Positions 24,640-36,098 of a DNA stretch of 64,000 nucleotides are shown in pieces (the stretch's first letter is position 1; each line of letters starts with the position of its first letter). The notes below the pieces were generated by a model. It was given only the letters and a program-made list of their open reading frames with translations, made no database searches and was not told the DNA's origin. Location of the stretch: assembly GCA_964106915.2 (NCBI GenBank), contig OZ066919.1; one strand, 5' to 3'. The DNA comes from Podarcis gaigeae (lineage: Eukaryota). The translations under genes were made by a program, and so were the position numbers.

Positions 24640-27600
24640 GTAGGAAAAAAGTCTACTTTTCTTTTTTCTAAAGAATGTGCCTTCAACAGTTGCACTTTGG
24701 GGGGTATCAAACTCAGAATTCCCAATGTTGGATAGAAATTAAGTGGTTTCCAGCTGTAATGCCTTAAGAGAATATGGGAAAAAAAGGTTTAGAATTGGGT
24801 CAATGATTTATTGATAAGGATTTGCTGAATTAACAATTTGAATTGGAATACAAAAAAAGGGAGGTATGAGGAGGTCTGGGAAATAAGTTAATGGAAATAA
24901 GTAATGGAAATTTTGCGTGTTTTTTAATTATTTTCATTTTTGTATTTCTGTTATTTTCTTTTTTCTTTTTTGATTTTTACTGTATTATTATTGAAAACTT
25001 TAATAAATATTCTTTAAAAAAAAAAACAACAAACTCAGACTTCCCAAGAATATATTTGGGCTCTTGGAAACTGCGGGATTATATGTCCCCTACTCTTTTT
25101 TGAGCTTGTTAGCCTTTTAAGAAGTAGAAACTTAAAAATATTTTACTTGCAAAGCAATCAATTTTTTGGTATCTGCTCGATTAAGAAATTACTTTACACA
25201 TTGGTTTCCTTACAGTTGCCACAAAAGTAATGATGCCGTCGCAGGATAGATATTAGAATGGTGCCACAATATAATGCAGTGGGAACTGTAGAAAGAGAAA
25301 TTTAGGTAATGGCAAATCTAAGGCTGTTCCCTGTTGGAGTTGCAGCTTGGATCTTCTTTCTGAAAATCTAGGATTTGATTGAAGACACTGTTCGGAATGT
25401 AAAAATAAAAATAAAATGCCTTTCTTCTAGGGAACCCCTACATCTCCTTGGAGGTAGGTAAGAAAGAATCACTTTGCCCAGGGTGGACTGCCTCCTGAGC
25501 TTTATTTGAGATCCAAATGATACATCACATTTTCTTAATTAAATTCAGTGTTTGTGCATATGTTTGTGTGTAGCTGCTCATTTGATGGGAGGAAATAACC
25601 CCCTTGTTCCAAGGAGTTATCTTCCCTTACTTCCCTGCTTTCCCTCCCCAGATCAGAGTTGTTTCTGTTGATGTGGAGTCTGAGAAGTTTCTTGTAAAGA
25701 ACACTGCTGCTTCATCTGTTCAAAATGAGATTCCCGAGAAGAACAGGTATGTTTGCGGAAACCAAGCCTGTAAGCTTCAACTCAACAGTCTGTAATCTAC
25801 TTTTTAATTAGAATACAGTACTTGCCTGTGCATATTGCAAACTGTGTTCTGTAGAGGGACAAGGTCAACGTCTGGAAACGCTGGCACAGGGCAGTGAATT
25901 GCACAATTTAAGTGTATTTTTATACAGGAGAAAAGCGGTGTCTTTAGGGGAAATATAAAGCTCCTCAGAGGTATGTGTGTTAGTGTGTAAAGCATGGAAC
26001 AGCTTTGGAGACCCATGCATAGGAAAGCAAAAGGCGTTTACAGCACAATCCTATACTTCTCTGCTTAGAAATAGATCTCATTGAGTTCAATGTGGCTTAC
26101 TCTCAGATGTGTGTATAGGATTGCAACCTCCATCTCATTTCAGTGTCTAGCCCTGCTATATATAATCCAATCCAGAAAAAGAATGTGGGCCTCCTTGGGA
26201 TTCATTCTGCACTGGCCATAAGAACAGCAGCTCCTTTGGCCTTGTCTCTCTCGGCTGTGCAGAAGCTATAACTGGTCAATCAAGATAAAATTATGGCAGC
26301 TTAAAAGAGCTTCTTCTCCATCTTCCACCTCACATCCAAGCTTCTTCAGAACAGTGCCTCCCTCACCCTAGAGATGGATAAATCCTGGTGAAATGGTATT
26401 TGTAGGAGGTGGTCTCCTGCAGAGTGCAGTGACAGGTTGGGTATATATGGGGTGGATCTACACACAGGGGAAAACCGCTATAAATAAGTCATAAATTAGA
26501 TCCGTTATAATAAAAGAAAGAAAAAACCCTATGGAAAATCGCATATAAATTTTTTCTGCTCTCTGGCACCATCTGGTGTTGCATGTTTATAGCACATTCA
26601 AAAGTTGTTTCTTTACTAATGTAGCTGAGTCCCAGGGGTGAGATAATCTTTGGTCCCGAGCTGTATAGAGCTTTGTACCAAGTTCATTGGTCATTTCTTC
26701 CCTTTCTCTCAACATTGACTAAGGGTAAGACCACAGCCTGCTGCCAGAAGGCCTATTTTATGTGCTTCATAAGCAATTGTTTTTCTGATTGAAAACTTGG
26801 ACCCGGCACCAGCCTACTGTGCAGTAGCCCAGCCTCAGAGGCGTCCATGGGCCATTCCTTTCCTGGCTATGTCATTTACTTGCTCATATCTCCCTTCCTA
26901 CCACATTCCATCCACCCATCAACTTCCTTTAAACAGGTTTCTTAACAGCGCAAGGTCATTTTCCATAATACTCCAACTGCCAACAACAGAAAGGAAAGTG
27001 AAACTAAAGTAGCTGAAGGCAGCATAGCCCTGGCATACAGACTGATGGGTTTTGTATGTCCCTTTCTCCTAGTCATACAGGAGGGAATGGAGGACAGGTA
27101 AGAAAAGCAGGTCTACTGACAGCTCATATCCAGATAACGAACAACTGCAACACGCTTAAGAGGAAGCAAACTTGTCTAGAGAAATGCTGGTCCTCTGAAG
27201 CTGCTCAAATTTCTGAATCAGCAAATAATCAGATTCCTGTCCCCTGTTAATAACAGATGTAACAAATCTGGTGAAGTAATATTCCACTTTCTCGTGTTGT
27301 TTGCTCAGTTCCCAGACACCTTACACCAGCCAGAAAGAAGCTGAAGTCTATGAGAAAAGCCTGCCGTCTTACGAACAGATCCAGATGAAAGTGGCAGGTG
27401 CAGAATCTGTGGGTGTTCTGTCTGCTCCAGTCCCACCAGTCAGGGCAGAAGGATGTACCCAGCCTGTTGTACAGGCCAAGGCAGAGGTCCACAGGGATTC
27501 AGAAAGCGATGGAGACTCCTGCAAGGACCCAACGTCCCAGAAGGACGCTGCAAGGTTGTACCGGTGAGTAGCTCATGCGGTGCGTTCAGGGGCTGGTTTG

Positions 27601-29083
27601 AATAGCGCACCACCCTGAACCTTATGGTCACCTTATGGTGATTTCTGTTAGGCACTCTGGATAGAGAAAAGTTTGCAAAGGCAGGATGGTTGTCAAATTA
27701 TATAAATATTAGTTGTTGTATGCATTTTCATTGCTTGATTAAACAAAATGAATAAATGAACATCTGCATAAAACAATGTTACTAATGCAGGTGTCAGAAC
27801 CGACACAATCTTTGAAAATATATAATATTCTATGTTGTAAATTATATCCTTTTCTATGTGTGAGATATGGTGCAANNNNNNNNNNNNNNNNNNNNNNNNN
27901 NNNNNNNNNNNNNNNNNNNNNNNNNNNNNNNNNNNNNNNNNNNNNNNNNNNNNNNNNNNNNNNNNNNNNNNNNNNNNNNNNNNNNNNNNNNNNNNNNNNN
28001 NNNNGGGAGCTCCTTTCAAACTGAACAAAACTAAACAGGGGTCGGCCACTGTGACAAGATGATGTTGGACTAAATGGACCACTGGCCTGATCCAGAGCAA
28101 GGCTCTTCTTACGTTTATATGTTCTTTAATTGATTAATCTAACTGATTGGCAACATTAGTTGATTAATCTGTTAGATTAATCAGCTAATGTTACCATCCC
28201 CATAGAAGGTGGAGCTAAATATAAGATGCATGCTAGCTCTGTATCAATGAAAAGCCAACACAGTTTGTACTGCCCGGTGTTGTTCCTTCTAGTTAAAGCA
28301 GGCATCACAAGTGCAATACTCTCCAGGTGGAGTGCAACTCTTGTTAACTCAGACCATTGGGCATGCTGGTCGGGGATGATGGGAGTTGGGTCCAAGAACA
28401 TCTGGAGGGGACCACATTGGTGACTCTTGAGTTCAAGATCAAAACAATGCTGTTGGGCTGGCATGGTCAATAATATTTAATTTACCCTTAGAAACCAAGT
28501 TAATTAAACCAACAACAGCTGGTCATTCCAGAACCAGGGTGAAAAGCACAGCATCTGCCTAGCTTGATTTACTATAAACGTCCTAGTAGAAACACAAAAC
28601 AGCTCAACAATCAGCCTTGGAAGCTATGTCCTTCAATGAACCTTCTCTTTAAATTCTAGTGAGTCAGAAAAGTTTCCTAACCAGGCGCCACTGGCTTCTT
28701 TCCAAGAGGAAGCTGACGCCTCTTCCGTGGAATCTGCAGCCAACAGTCCATTTCTACAGAGGTGGGAAAATGTCTCGAAGCCTATGTCTCCAACAGAAAG
28801 CCAGCTCAGATTCAAGCTTCCTTCCTATGAAGATTTTGCCCTGATCGATTCCCTGACGGCAGAAGGTCAAGGTCAAAACAATGAAAGGATAACGGCGCCT
28901 AACCAAAGCCATTGCCCTATTCCTGCCCCCAGAAGAGATGGGGCATTGGCTACAGTAGGGCCTGAAGGACTGGAACACAGAGCTACGCATAATGTAGAAG
29001 AGGATGACATGTACTATGGAATAAAAGAGGGAGCAGGAGATGTCCCCTCATCGGTCGGTGCTGTCTCTGAACCAAAGGACTAA
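24463..29083 (+). CDS. BSND: Barttin, ClC-K chloride channel accessory subunit; join(24463..24639,25652..25746,27309..27563,28660..29083), 316 aa
   Basis: [13 protein letters not shown]...[13 protein letters not shown]-terminus, APLASFQ and DFALID motifs; 177- and 95-nt first exons as recalled for human; all introns GT-AG and in phase. Confidence 0.96.
24725..25029 (+). mobile_element. 5'-truncated poly(A)-tailed retro-insertion (L1-type 3' end) in BSND intron 1
   Basis: AATAAA at 25002, A-tail, 17-bp TSD CAAACTCAGA(A/C)TTCCCA at 24708-24724 and 25030-25046. Confidence 0.75.
25652..25746 (+). CDS. BSND: BSND exon 2
   Basis: CTCCCCAG|ATC ... AACAG|GTATGT, 95 nt. Confidence 0.9.
27309..27563 (+). 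CDS. BSND: BSND exon 3
   Basis: TTGCTCAG|T ... TACCG|GTGAGT; [14 protein letters not shown]. Confidence 0.9.
27876..28004. other. Assembly gap (129 N) in BSND intron 3
   Basis: Run of n. Confidence 1.
28660..29083 (+). CDS. BSND: BSND exon 4 (coding part)
   Basis: AATTCTAG|T; [17 protein letters not shown]; TAA at 29081-29083. Confidence 0.88.
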
Positions 29084-29342
29084 GCACTAAAAATTAGGAA
29101 TGAGCCTGGGAACATTCTCATGGGAGTCCAAATCCAAAGAGATGAAAGGTTGGGTGGCGGTGGGGAGTGGGTCAGACAATAAAAGGGATGCCCAAGCCAT
29201 CGTAGATTGGTCCTGCTCTTTGGGGATTTGTAGGGAGTGATGGAGAATAAGGGTTAGGACCAAAGCAGAAGAACACAAGTTTGGCTGTCTTTTGAAGTGT
29301 CTTAAGCTGTCCCTCCACTTATGCTCAACCTGTATATTTGTA

Positions 29343-29348
29343 AATAAA
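29343..29348 (+). terminator. Candidate BSND polyadenylation signal AATAAA (another at 29178)
   Basis: Hexamer 260 nt after the stop. Confidence 0.4.
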
Positions 29349-29639
29349 GTGAAATATCACCAAATCTCATAAGCCCCCTGTGATTTTCTTCTAAAGGAAA
29401 TCAAACCTGGGTAGCACTGAACCCCTAAAAGTTCTCACCAGCCAGAGAGATGATTCAGAAAAACACTATGAAGGGGAAACAGACTCTGTATATGAGAATG
29501 GCACCCCTGCTGAGAACATATATATTGTCCCAAGGGGCAGAGTCATGACTTTTCCCTGGGAGTGTGGATGGAGGATCCATGACTTGCTTGAACATCATCT
29601 TTTGGTGCTTCTTTGCCATTTATGAAATGATACTCTATT

Positions 29640-29983
29640 GGGATGCGGGTGGCGCTGTGGTCTAAGCCACTGAGCCTCTTGGGCTTGCTGATCAGAAGGT
29701 CAGCAGTTCAAATCCCTGTTATGGAGTGAGCTCCCATTGCTCAGTCCTAGCTCCTGCCAACCTAGCAGTTTGAAAGCACACCAGTGCAAGTAGATAAATA
29801 GGTACTGCTGCAGCAGGAAGGTAAACGCTGTTTTCGTGTGCTCTGGTTTCCATCACGGTGTTCTGTTGTGCCACATGAAAGCTGTCTGTGGACAAATGCT
29901 GGCCTGAAAGCGAGATGAGCGCCGCAACCCCATAGTCGCTCTTGACTGGACTTAACTGTCCGGGGGTCCTTTACGTTTACCTT
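29640..29983 (+). mobile_element. Sauria SINE, near full length
   Basis: tRNA head GGGTGGCGCTGTGG..GGTTCAAATCC-like boxes, CCTAGCAGTTTGAAAGCAC..GTGCAAGTAGATAAATAGGTAC body, (ACCTTT)-type tail. Confidence 0.9.
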
Positions 29984-30137
29984 CTAAGGCTGCCATTTTC
30001 TAAATGTACAAAACTGGGAGCAAGTCCTACTGAATTTAGTAAGGTGTGCTTTTGAGTGGAAATGCACGGAATTACACCGTAAATGTGTTTCTAGTCTTTT
30101 AGAATCCTTTAGCATTCTTGCCCCATCATCCAAAGAT

Positions 30138-30381
30138 ATAATAATAATAATATAATTTATTATTTATACCCCGCCCATCTGGCTGGGTTTCCCCAGCCAC
30201 TCTGGGTGGCTTCCAACAGAACACTAAAATACAATAACCTATTAAACATTAAAAGCTTCCCTAAACAGGGCTGCCTTCAGATGTCTTCTAAAAGTTTGGT
30301 ACTTATTTTTCTCTTTGACATCTGGTGGGAGGGCGTTCCACAGGGTGGGCGCCACTCCCGAGAAGGCCCTCTGCCTGGTTC
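30138..30381 (-). mobile_element. L2 LINE 3' terminal fragment with (AAT)n tail
   Basis: Closely similar to 59177-59460. Confidence 0.8.
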
Positions 30382-31134
30382 ACAGTAGATACCTTTTATC
30401 TGACTGTATATTGGTGTGATTGTATTTCATGTTCATGGACTGATTTGCTGAGGACACGTTCGATGGTGGTGGTTCCTGGGGATTGGATGATATCCCAAAC
30501 AGCGACACTTTTAACATGAAAAAGAACTGGTCAGAGGTTTAAGAAGTGCTTGTGTGTGGGTGCCAAAGCAGCTCAGGGCTCACGCTTCATTAATTGGCCT
30601 GATCACTATGGAGTGGCTGACGTGCAGGAGCAGCAGCAGCCAGACAGAAGGCGGATTGTGTGCCCTCAGCACCTTTGCTTCTGAGGTCCCGCTTTCTGCT
30701 CCGATTCATGCCTTTTGGCCATTGGAGTTCTGCTTGCTGCAGTGGAAAATCCGGAGTGAATTATGTTGCTTTCGGAAGCCTGCCAACTGCTCAGCTTGTC
30801 AGATTGCTTCTTCCGCATGGGGAGGGAGCCAAGCTCCCAGGCAGCTGTGGGACAGCAGCTCCATGAAACTGACAGCGCGAGGCAACCAAAGGGTTGGCGT
30901 TGGCTACCTCTTAGCTAGGCTATCTGAGTATAAAGCCAGTAGGGCCTGATTTATAAGTTGCGCTCATGCCTGTTCCTTGGGGAGAGAAAGACACCATTTG
31001 GAATATGGCATCGAGTTCAACAGGACTTACTGCCAAACAACTTGTGCTTAGCATCACAGCTTTGGGAACCACATAAAATATTTTATTCTGAATGGATTAA
31101 TGAATCTTAATAATAACCCCTGCACCCTAAGATA

Positions 31135-31172
31135 GCAGCATACCCTCTGGTGAAAATAGGGACGCCCTATTC

Positions 31173-31222
<50 letters not shown>

Positions 31223-31486
31223 CCTACCCATCTGGGAAGCTTCCAACAGATATAAAAACACAATAAAACATTAAACATTAAAAGCCTTCAGATATCTTCT
31301 AAAAATTGTAGAGTTACTTATCTCCTTGGCTTGGGGGTCACATAACTCCATTCCCTCCAACATTTCCCAAGTGAAAATAGGGATTTCCTAAGGAAATGTG
31401 GGACATTCTGAAATCAAATCAGAAGCTGGGATGGCTTCTGCAAATCTGAGACTATCCCTAGAAAAAACGGGCACTTAGAGGGTCTG
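31135..31486. mobile_element. Composite repeat: DNA-transposon-like ends enclosing (AAT)n and an L2 3'-end piece
   Basis: GTGAAAATAGGGA motif duplicated (near 31150 and 31371) around an L2-tail-like segment; ends GAGGGTCTG. Confidence 0.5.
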
Positions 31487-33544
31487 TAGAAGTTTATAGG
31501 ACCATATACACTGCAGGCACTGCAGAGAAACCACAACCATTAGGAAAAGGTATTTTCTTCAGGGACTGAAGGGTGCTGCAAATCTAGGGAGTCTTCATGC
31601 ATGTCTTGGCTTCTCAAATAAGCTTTCAAGTGACCTGGAAGCTGAGTATTTTTTATGTTTCAATCCCGCAATGGAACAAGACGCTACTTGTTTGTAAGTA
31701 GACTGCAGTCAAATGCTCCTGGTTACTAACAGCAGAAGAGTTTCACACAGTTTAAATATCTCATCAGAAGCTGGTTTAAGACGTGACCTGGAAGAGGTTG
31801 GTTGTCTCGAGCCTCAATTTTTACGAAACACTTGACAATGCCAGAAGCAGTCTCGTGTTGCGACCCCCTGGCTCTTTAACTTGCTCCATTTCCCCTTTCT
31901 GCGCCTGATACATCACTTCCCCACCCCTGACAGCTGCAGGAAATAACGTGGACTGAAGACAGATTGTGAAAATGATGGCGTAATGATGTCAGAAGTGACC
32001 TCAATGGCTGTGAGTGGTTTTGTTGCTCGTTCCCTTCTGTCCTGCCAGCTTTAGTACTTTGCTAAAGCATTGTGTACTTGGCATAAGCTGCCCTGACAGT
32101 GGTAATCCTACTCGTGTACTGTGTCAACAGCCATTTTAAATGTGTTGTTTGCACTAAATAGAAAAGCCCAGTTCGTGACCCTGAGGTGTCCTTCGCAGCT
32201 TCACTTGACGTTTGTAGAAGCTGCAGCCCCAGATCCAGTTACTAAGGTACATCCCATATTCATGAATATTCCACACGTCCTTGAGTAGATAATTGGAACC
32301 GTCTTGTTCTGTTCTGCAGGTTCCCCTTCGCTTCTTTTTTCCCCCTATTCCCACAAGCCTTGTGAGCAGTGACCCCACCACCAACATCCCTGCCAACCTC
32401 CTTGACTGGGACAGTTATTTATGACTCTTCCATCTTGGCTCTCCTGGCTATTTTGTGCCCGTGCATTGTGTTAATATGTGTGGTGTGTGCCACATGTTGT
32501 GTGCCTATATGTATCCCATATCAGCTCTGACTACACCCACTTTCATTTTCACCACACCCACTATTCCATTTCCTTGTTCTTCTGGCATGTGGCCCCCCAG
32601 AAGGCTGGATTTGAAGGAAGGTGGCACCTGGCCTGAAAAAATGTTCCCCACTCCTGGCTTAGCCCATCAAAATAGCTTTTGAGGGGTGTCAAACGGAACC
32701 ATCCTCTTCTGGAGCACTGTCAGGCTGGATGGAACAAAACAGAAAACACCCTCTTGCAATTTCCAGCAAGAACTCTTGATCTGTGTGCTTTCCTACCCTT
32801 GCTGGGTGGGAGAAAGAAGTCTGCAGTAGGCATGAATTTTTTAAGGGGGCTTTGCAAGGTGCAATGCCACCTTCTCATCAGCTTGCCAAAATAGATAGTC
32901 TGGTGGTCCAGTTTCATAGTGCTGCCCTTTTCCGTCTTCCTTGTGCCCTGGTTCCCTCTTATATTCCACTGCATGCATCTCTTTCAAAGCTAGACTATAA
33001 ATTTAGCAGGTATCTTTGTACTTTGCTCATTGTCTACCACAAGAAAGCACGCTGCCTTCCCTGCAAATGTTTGGCCCTCTGATCACGTACACAGAAATAA
33101 GCAGCCAAAGGTGAAAACAATGTCAGGGAGTTGAGGAGGATTGTTTATACAATTATAAGAAACACTTGTTGGGTGTCACAGCAAGAAAACAAAAGAAAAG
33201 AAGAAAAGCATATGTTTCCTAAACATTGTTTTCAGAAGTGAGAGCAGCACACAAAAGAAAAATGGACCCCCCTCCTTGTTTAGACCTGACTCATGTCCCT
33301 GCTCCCAGCTCCCTGACTCCCCAAGGCAGGCCTTCCAAGTCCTGAGAGGTTTGCTTGCTCTCACCTGACTCTAGGATGTGATGTGCTGGCCAAGCTAGAT
33401 GGAGTTTGCTGCTGTTGGGTAGCTGAATTATGCTAAACAAACAGCAAAGGCAGGACTGTGGGATTGGGATCACAGCACGGTTGTAGGGTTTAAAAAACTG
33501 CCTGCCCCTGTCGCTGTTCAATTTGGTATAACCTGCCCCCCTTC

Positions 33545-33972
33545 ACACACATGGAGAAATTTGCTCCAGTTCACTGTTAAAGGTGATCTTGAAAGCTTTG
33601 CATTTTCCAAAACAATATGCAAACTGAAACACTGCTCTCCTTTGAAATGTGAGCTTCTCTGCAGTTTGCAATTTAATGCTCCAGGCAATTAATGTGTACA
33701 AAAATGCATATACTATGGTAAGGCGTGCATATAATGTGTATATTATGGAAAGTAACATAGGAATGTGCATTATTTTAGGGGAAATTGCTTTGCAAAAATG
33801 CATACATTAGGCAACATTGCACATAAAAACATGCAGAGCAGGAGAAATTTCCAGAGAACTGCTGACAATTTAAAAATAAATACATCACAAGATGACGTAG
33901 CAATGTGGAGAACTGAATTTAAGATTGGAAAAATGAGAAACAGAGAGAAACTGAAAAGGGCAAATTCACTCC
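33545..33972. repeat. Old interspersed repeat; diverged second copy at 41040-41460
   Basis: Shared GGAGAAA..TTAAAGGTGA start and GCAATGTGGAGAA..GGAAAAATGAGA..GAGAGAAA..ATTCACTC end. Confidence 0.6.
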
Positions 33973-35171
33973 TGCAGAAGGGTGACTGAGCACTTTTATT
34001 CACGTTAACGACCTAAGCCTAATTCTTCTGGTATGTGCCTGGATCCCTCCTACAAAATACTGACAGTTTGGAGGCCCCCTAAGATGCCAACAGCCACTAT
34101 TTTCATCACAAAGACATAAAACCACCAGTGTTATTGCAGTACATTCACCCCAACAGCCACAGTGGTGTTGCAGCCATTGTTTACATCAACCTGTAAAAAA
34201 CATATTTTCATTGGTTTCCTCGTCTTAACAATTAGGGTACAACTATTCTGTGCTAAGTGAACATGGACTCTAGCTTAATAATGCAGGAAGTGCCCTGCCA
34301 AGTCAGTTGTGTCTCCATCTAGTCCTTAATTCTTTGCAAAATCACAGTGTCAAGCCAGTGTGAGAAGGTCCACTAGAGATTGGCCAGCAGTCCTCTCCTG
34401 GACCTGATGTAGGCCACTTGTGAGATGAGATCAGTGTGGCGGTTTTATTGTCACTGAAAAGCAGGATTCAGCCTCCTGGACCATTGGGACAGCACTGTCC
34501 TGTTATATAGAGTGATAATTCCTGTTAAGTCTTCTGTGTCCTGCTGCTTTTGGCTGCATAGCTCAAACCTGGAATTATCACTTTTGGCAGGGGTTAAATA
34601 TGGCAGGGAAGGAGACATTCCTGCATGAAATTAAAACATGCAAACAGAAATCCCTGAGCTTTTGGCTGCCTAATTGTGGAAAAGGCTGAGGCAACACCCA
34701 GAGCCCTAGTAAATAACCTTGACATAGGGCAAGGGAGGCAGCGTTACCAGACATAACTCACCTGTGAGGAAATTAAAACCAGGTGCTGAGCTTTTCAGGC
34801 ACTGCAGGGTATTCCCTGTGGAATAGGCATGAGGCACTTGGCTGGGGTTGTATATAACCTACTAAGAAGCTCCATTTTTGCTCTGGTGATCCTGTCTTCC
34901 CAAGAACATAAGCGGTGCAGTGAAAACGGAGGACTTGTGGGAAATATGCGCCTAATATCTGGAGGTAATGTAAGGTAATCTATTCCAATCCTTTGCATTG
35001 AGGTTGAATCCATTTGCAAAGAGGACCTTAATAGTTTGTTTTTGATTTATTTACTTAAAATATTTTCTATGTTGCCTCACATTAAAATGATACCAAGGCT
35101 GTGTACAACCCCTGCCACCCAATTCAGTGTACAATAAAAACAATCCAGAAAACAAACACAAACCAAAAGTT

Positions 35172-35390
35172 CTAGATTCAGGTAGGTAGCCGTGTTGGTC
35201 TGACGCAGTAGAAATATATAAAAATAAAAATAAACAAATTGTCCAGTAGCACCTTAGAGACCAACTAAGTTTGTTTTTGGTATGAGCTTTTGTGTGCATG
35301 CACACTTCTTCAGATACACTGAAACAGAAGTCACCAGACCTATATAGGTATATAGTGAGAGGGTGGGGAGGGGTATTACTCAGAAGGGAA
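35172..35390 (-). mobile_element. Penelope-like element terminal-repeat fragment
   Basis: GTAGCCGTGTTGGTCTG...GCACCTTAGAGACCAAC motif recalled from reptile PLE repeats, adjacent to a hammerhead motif. Confidence 0.7.
35280..35317 (-). ncRNA. Minimal type I hammerhead ribozyme motif (G12A, probably inactive)
   Basis: Minus strand reads GUAU-CUGAAGA-A-GUGUGCAUGCACAC-AAAA-GC-UC-AUAC: stem I, core, stem II, palindromic AGCU stem III. Confidence 0.7.
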
Positions 35391-35868
35391 CTTGCATCTT
35401 TGCTGTGCTATTCTACTCCTTGTTTTGGTCCCATTTAACTGCTTATATTAAGCAGAGAGACTGTGTGAAATGGAGGTTAAGATGCTGGACTTGTATGAGG
35501 GAGAGTGGGGTTGTAAATTCCTGCAGAACCTTGAAGCTGGCTGGGTAACTGCCGCCCAGTCACAGACTCTCAGCCTAACCTACTATTAAATGGAGCAGCC
35601 CCTGGGCTTATGGAGGGCGGGCTGTAAGTATGAGAAATAAATACGAAGAGTACAAAAGCTCCTCTCATTAGTGGGTTGTTCTTGCCTGTACCCAGCGATA
35701 GATGCAGACACATCTGAGAGTATATGGTTATTTACACAAATAATTTGTGTTCCATCTTTCTCAGTGGGATCCAACACACAGAACGCCAAAACTGGGAATC
35801 TTGTAGCAGCCTGCCCTCTGCTGACTACATTTGTACACACACCACTCTGGATACTTTATAATGCAATA

Positions 35869-36098
35869 CAATTGTGCCTTGGTTCCCGAACAAATCAGCT
35901 CCCAAACGCCGCAAACCAGGAAGTAAGTGTTCTGGTTTGAGAACGTTTTTTTTTTAAAAAAGCCAAACGTCTGTTTCAGCTGTCGGCATTGTTTCCATTG
36001 CCAATCAGCCAATCAGAAGCTGTGCCTTGGTTTGCGAACATTTTGGAAGTCGAACGGACTTCCAGAAGGGATTGAGTTTGGGAAGCAAGGTACCACTG
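35869..36098. mobile_element. Tc1/mariner (Tigger-like) MITE, second subfamily; relative at 63498-63727
   Basis: Ends ..CAAGGTACCACTG; shared TTTTGGAAGT(C/T)GAACGGACTTCC core. Confidence 0.7.

Noticed and set aside
27693-28100. ORFs spanning the N-run; possible hidden BSND exon
   Set aside because: Gap artefacts; exon 3 joins exon 4 in phase to give a normal-length barttin
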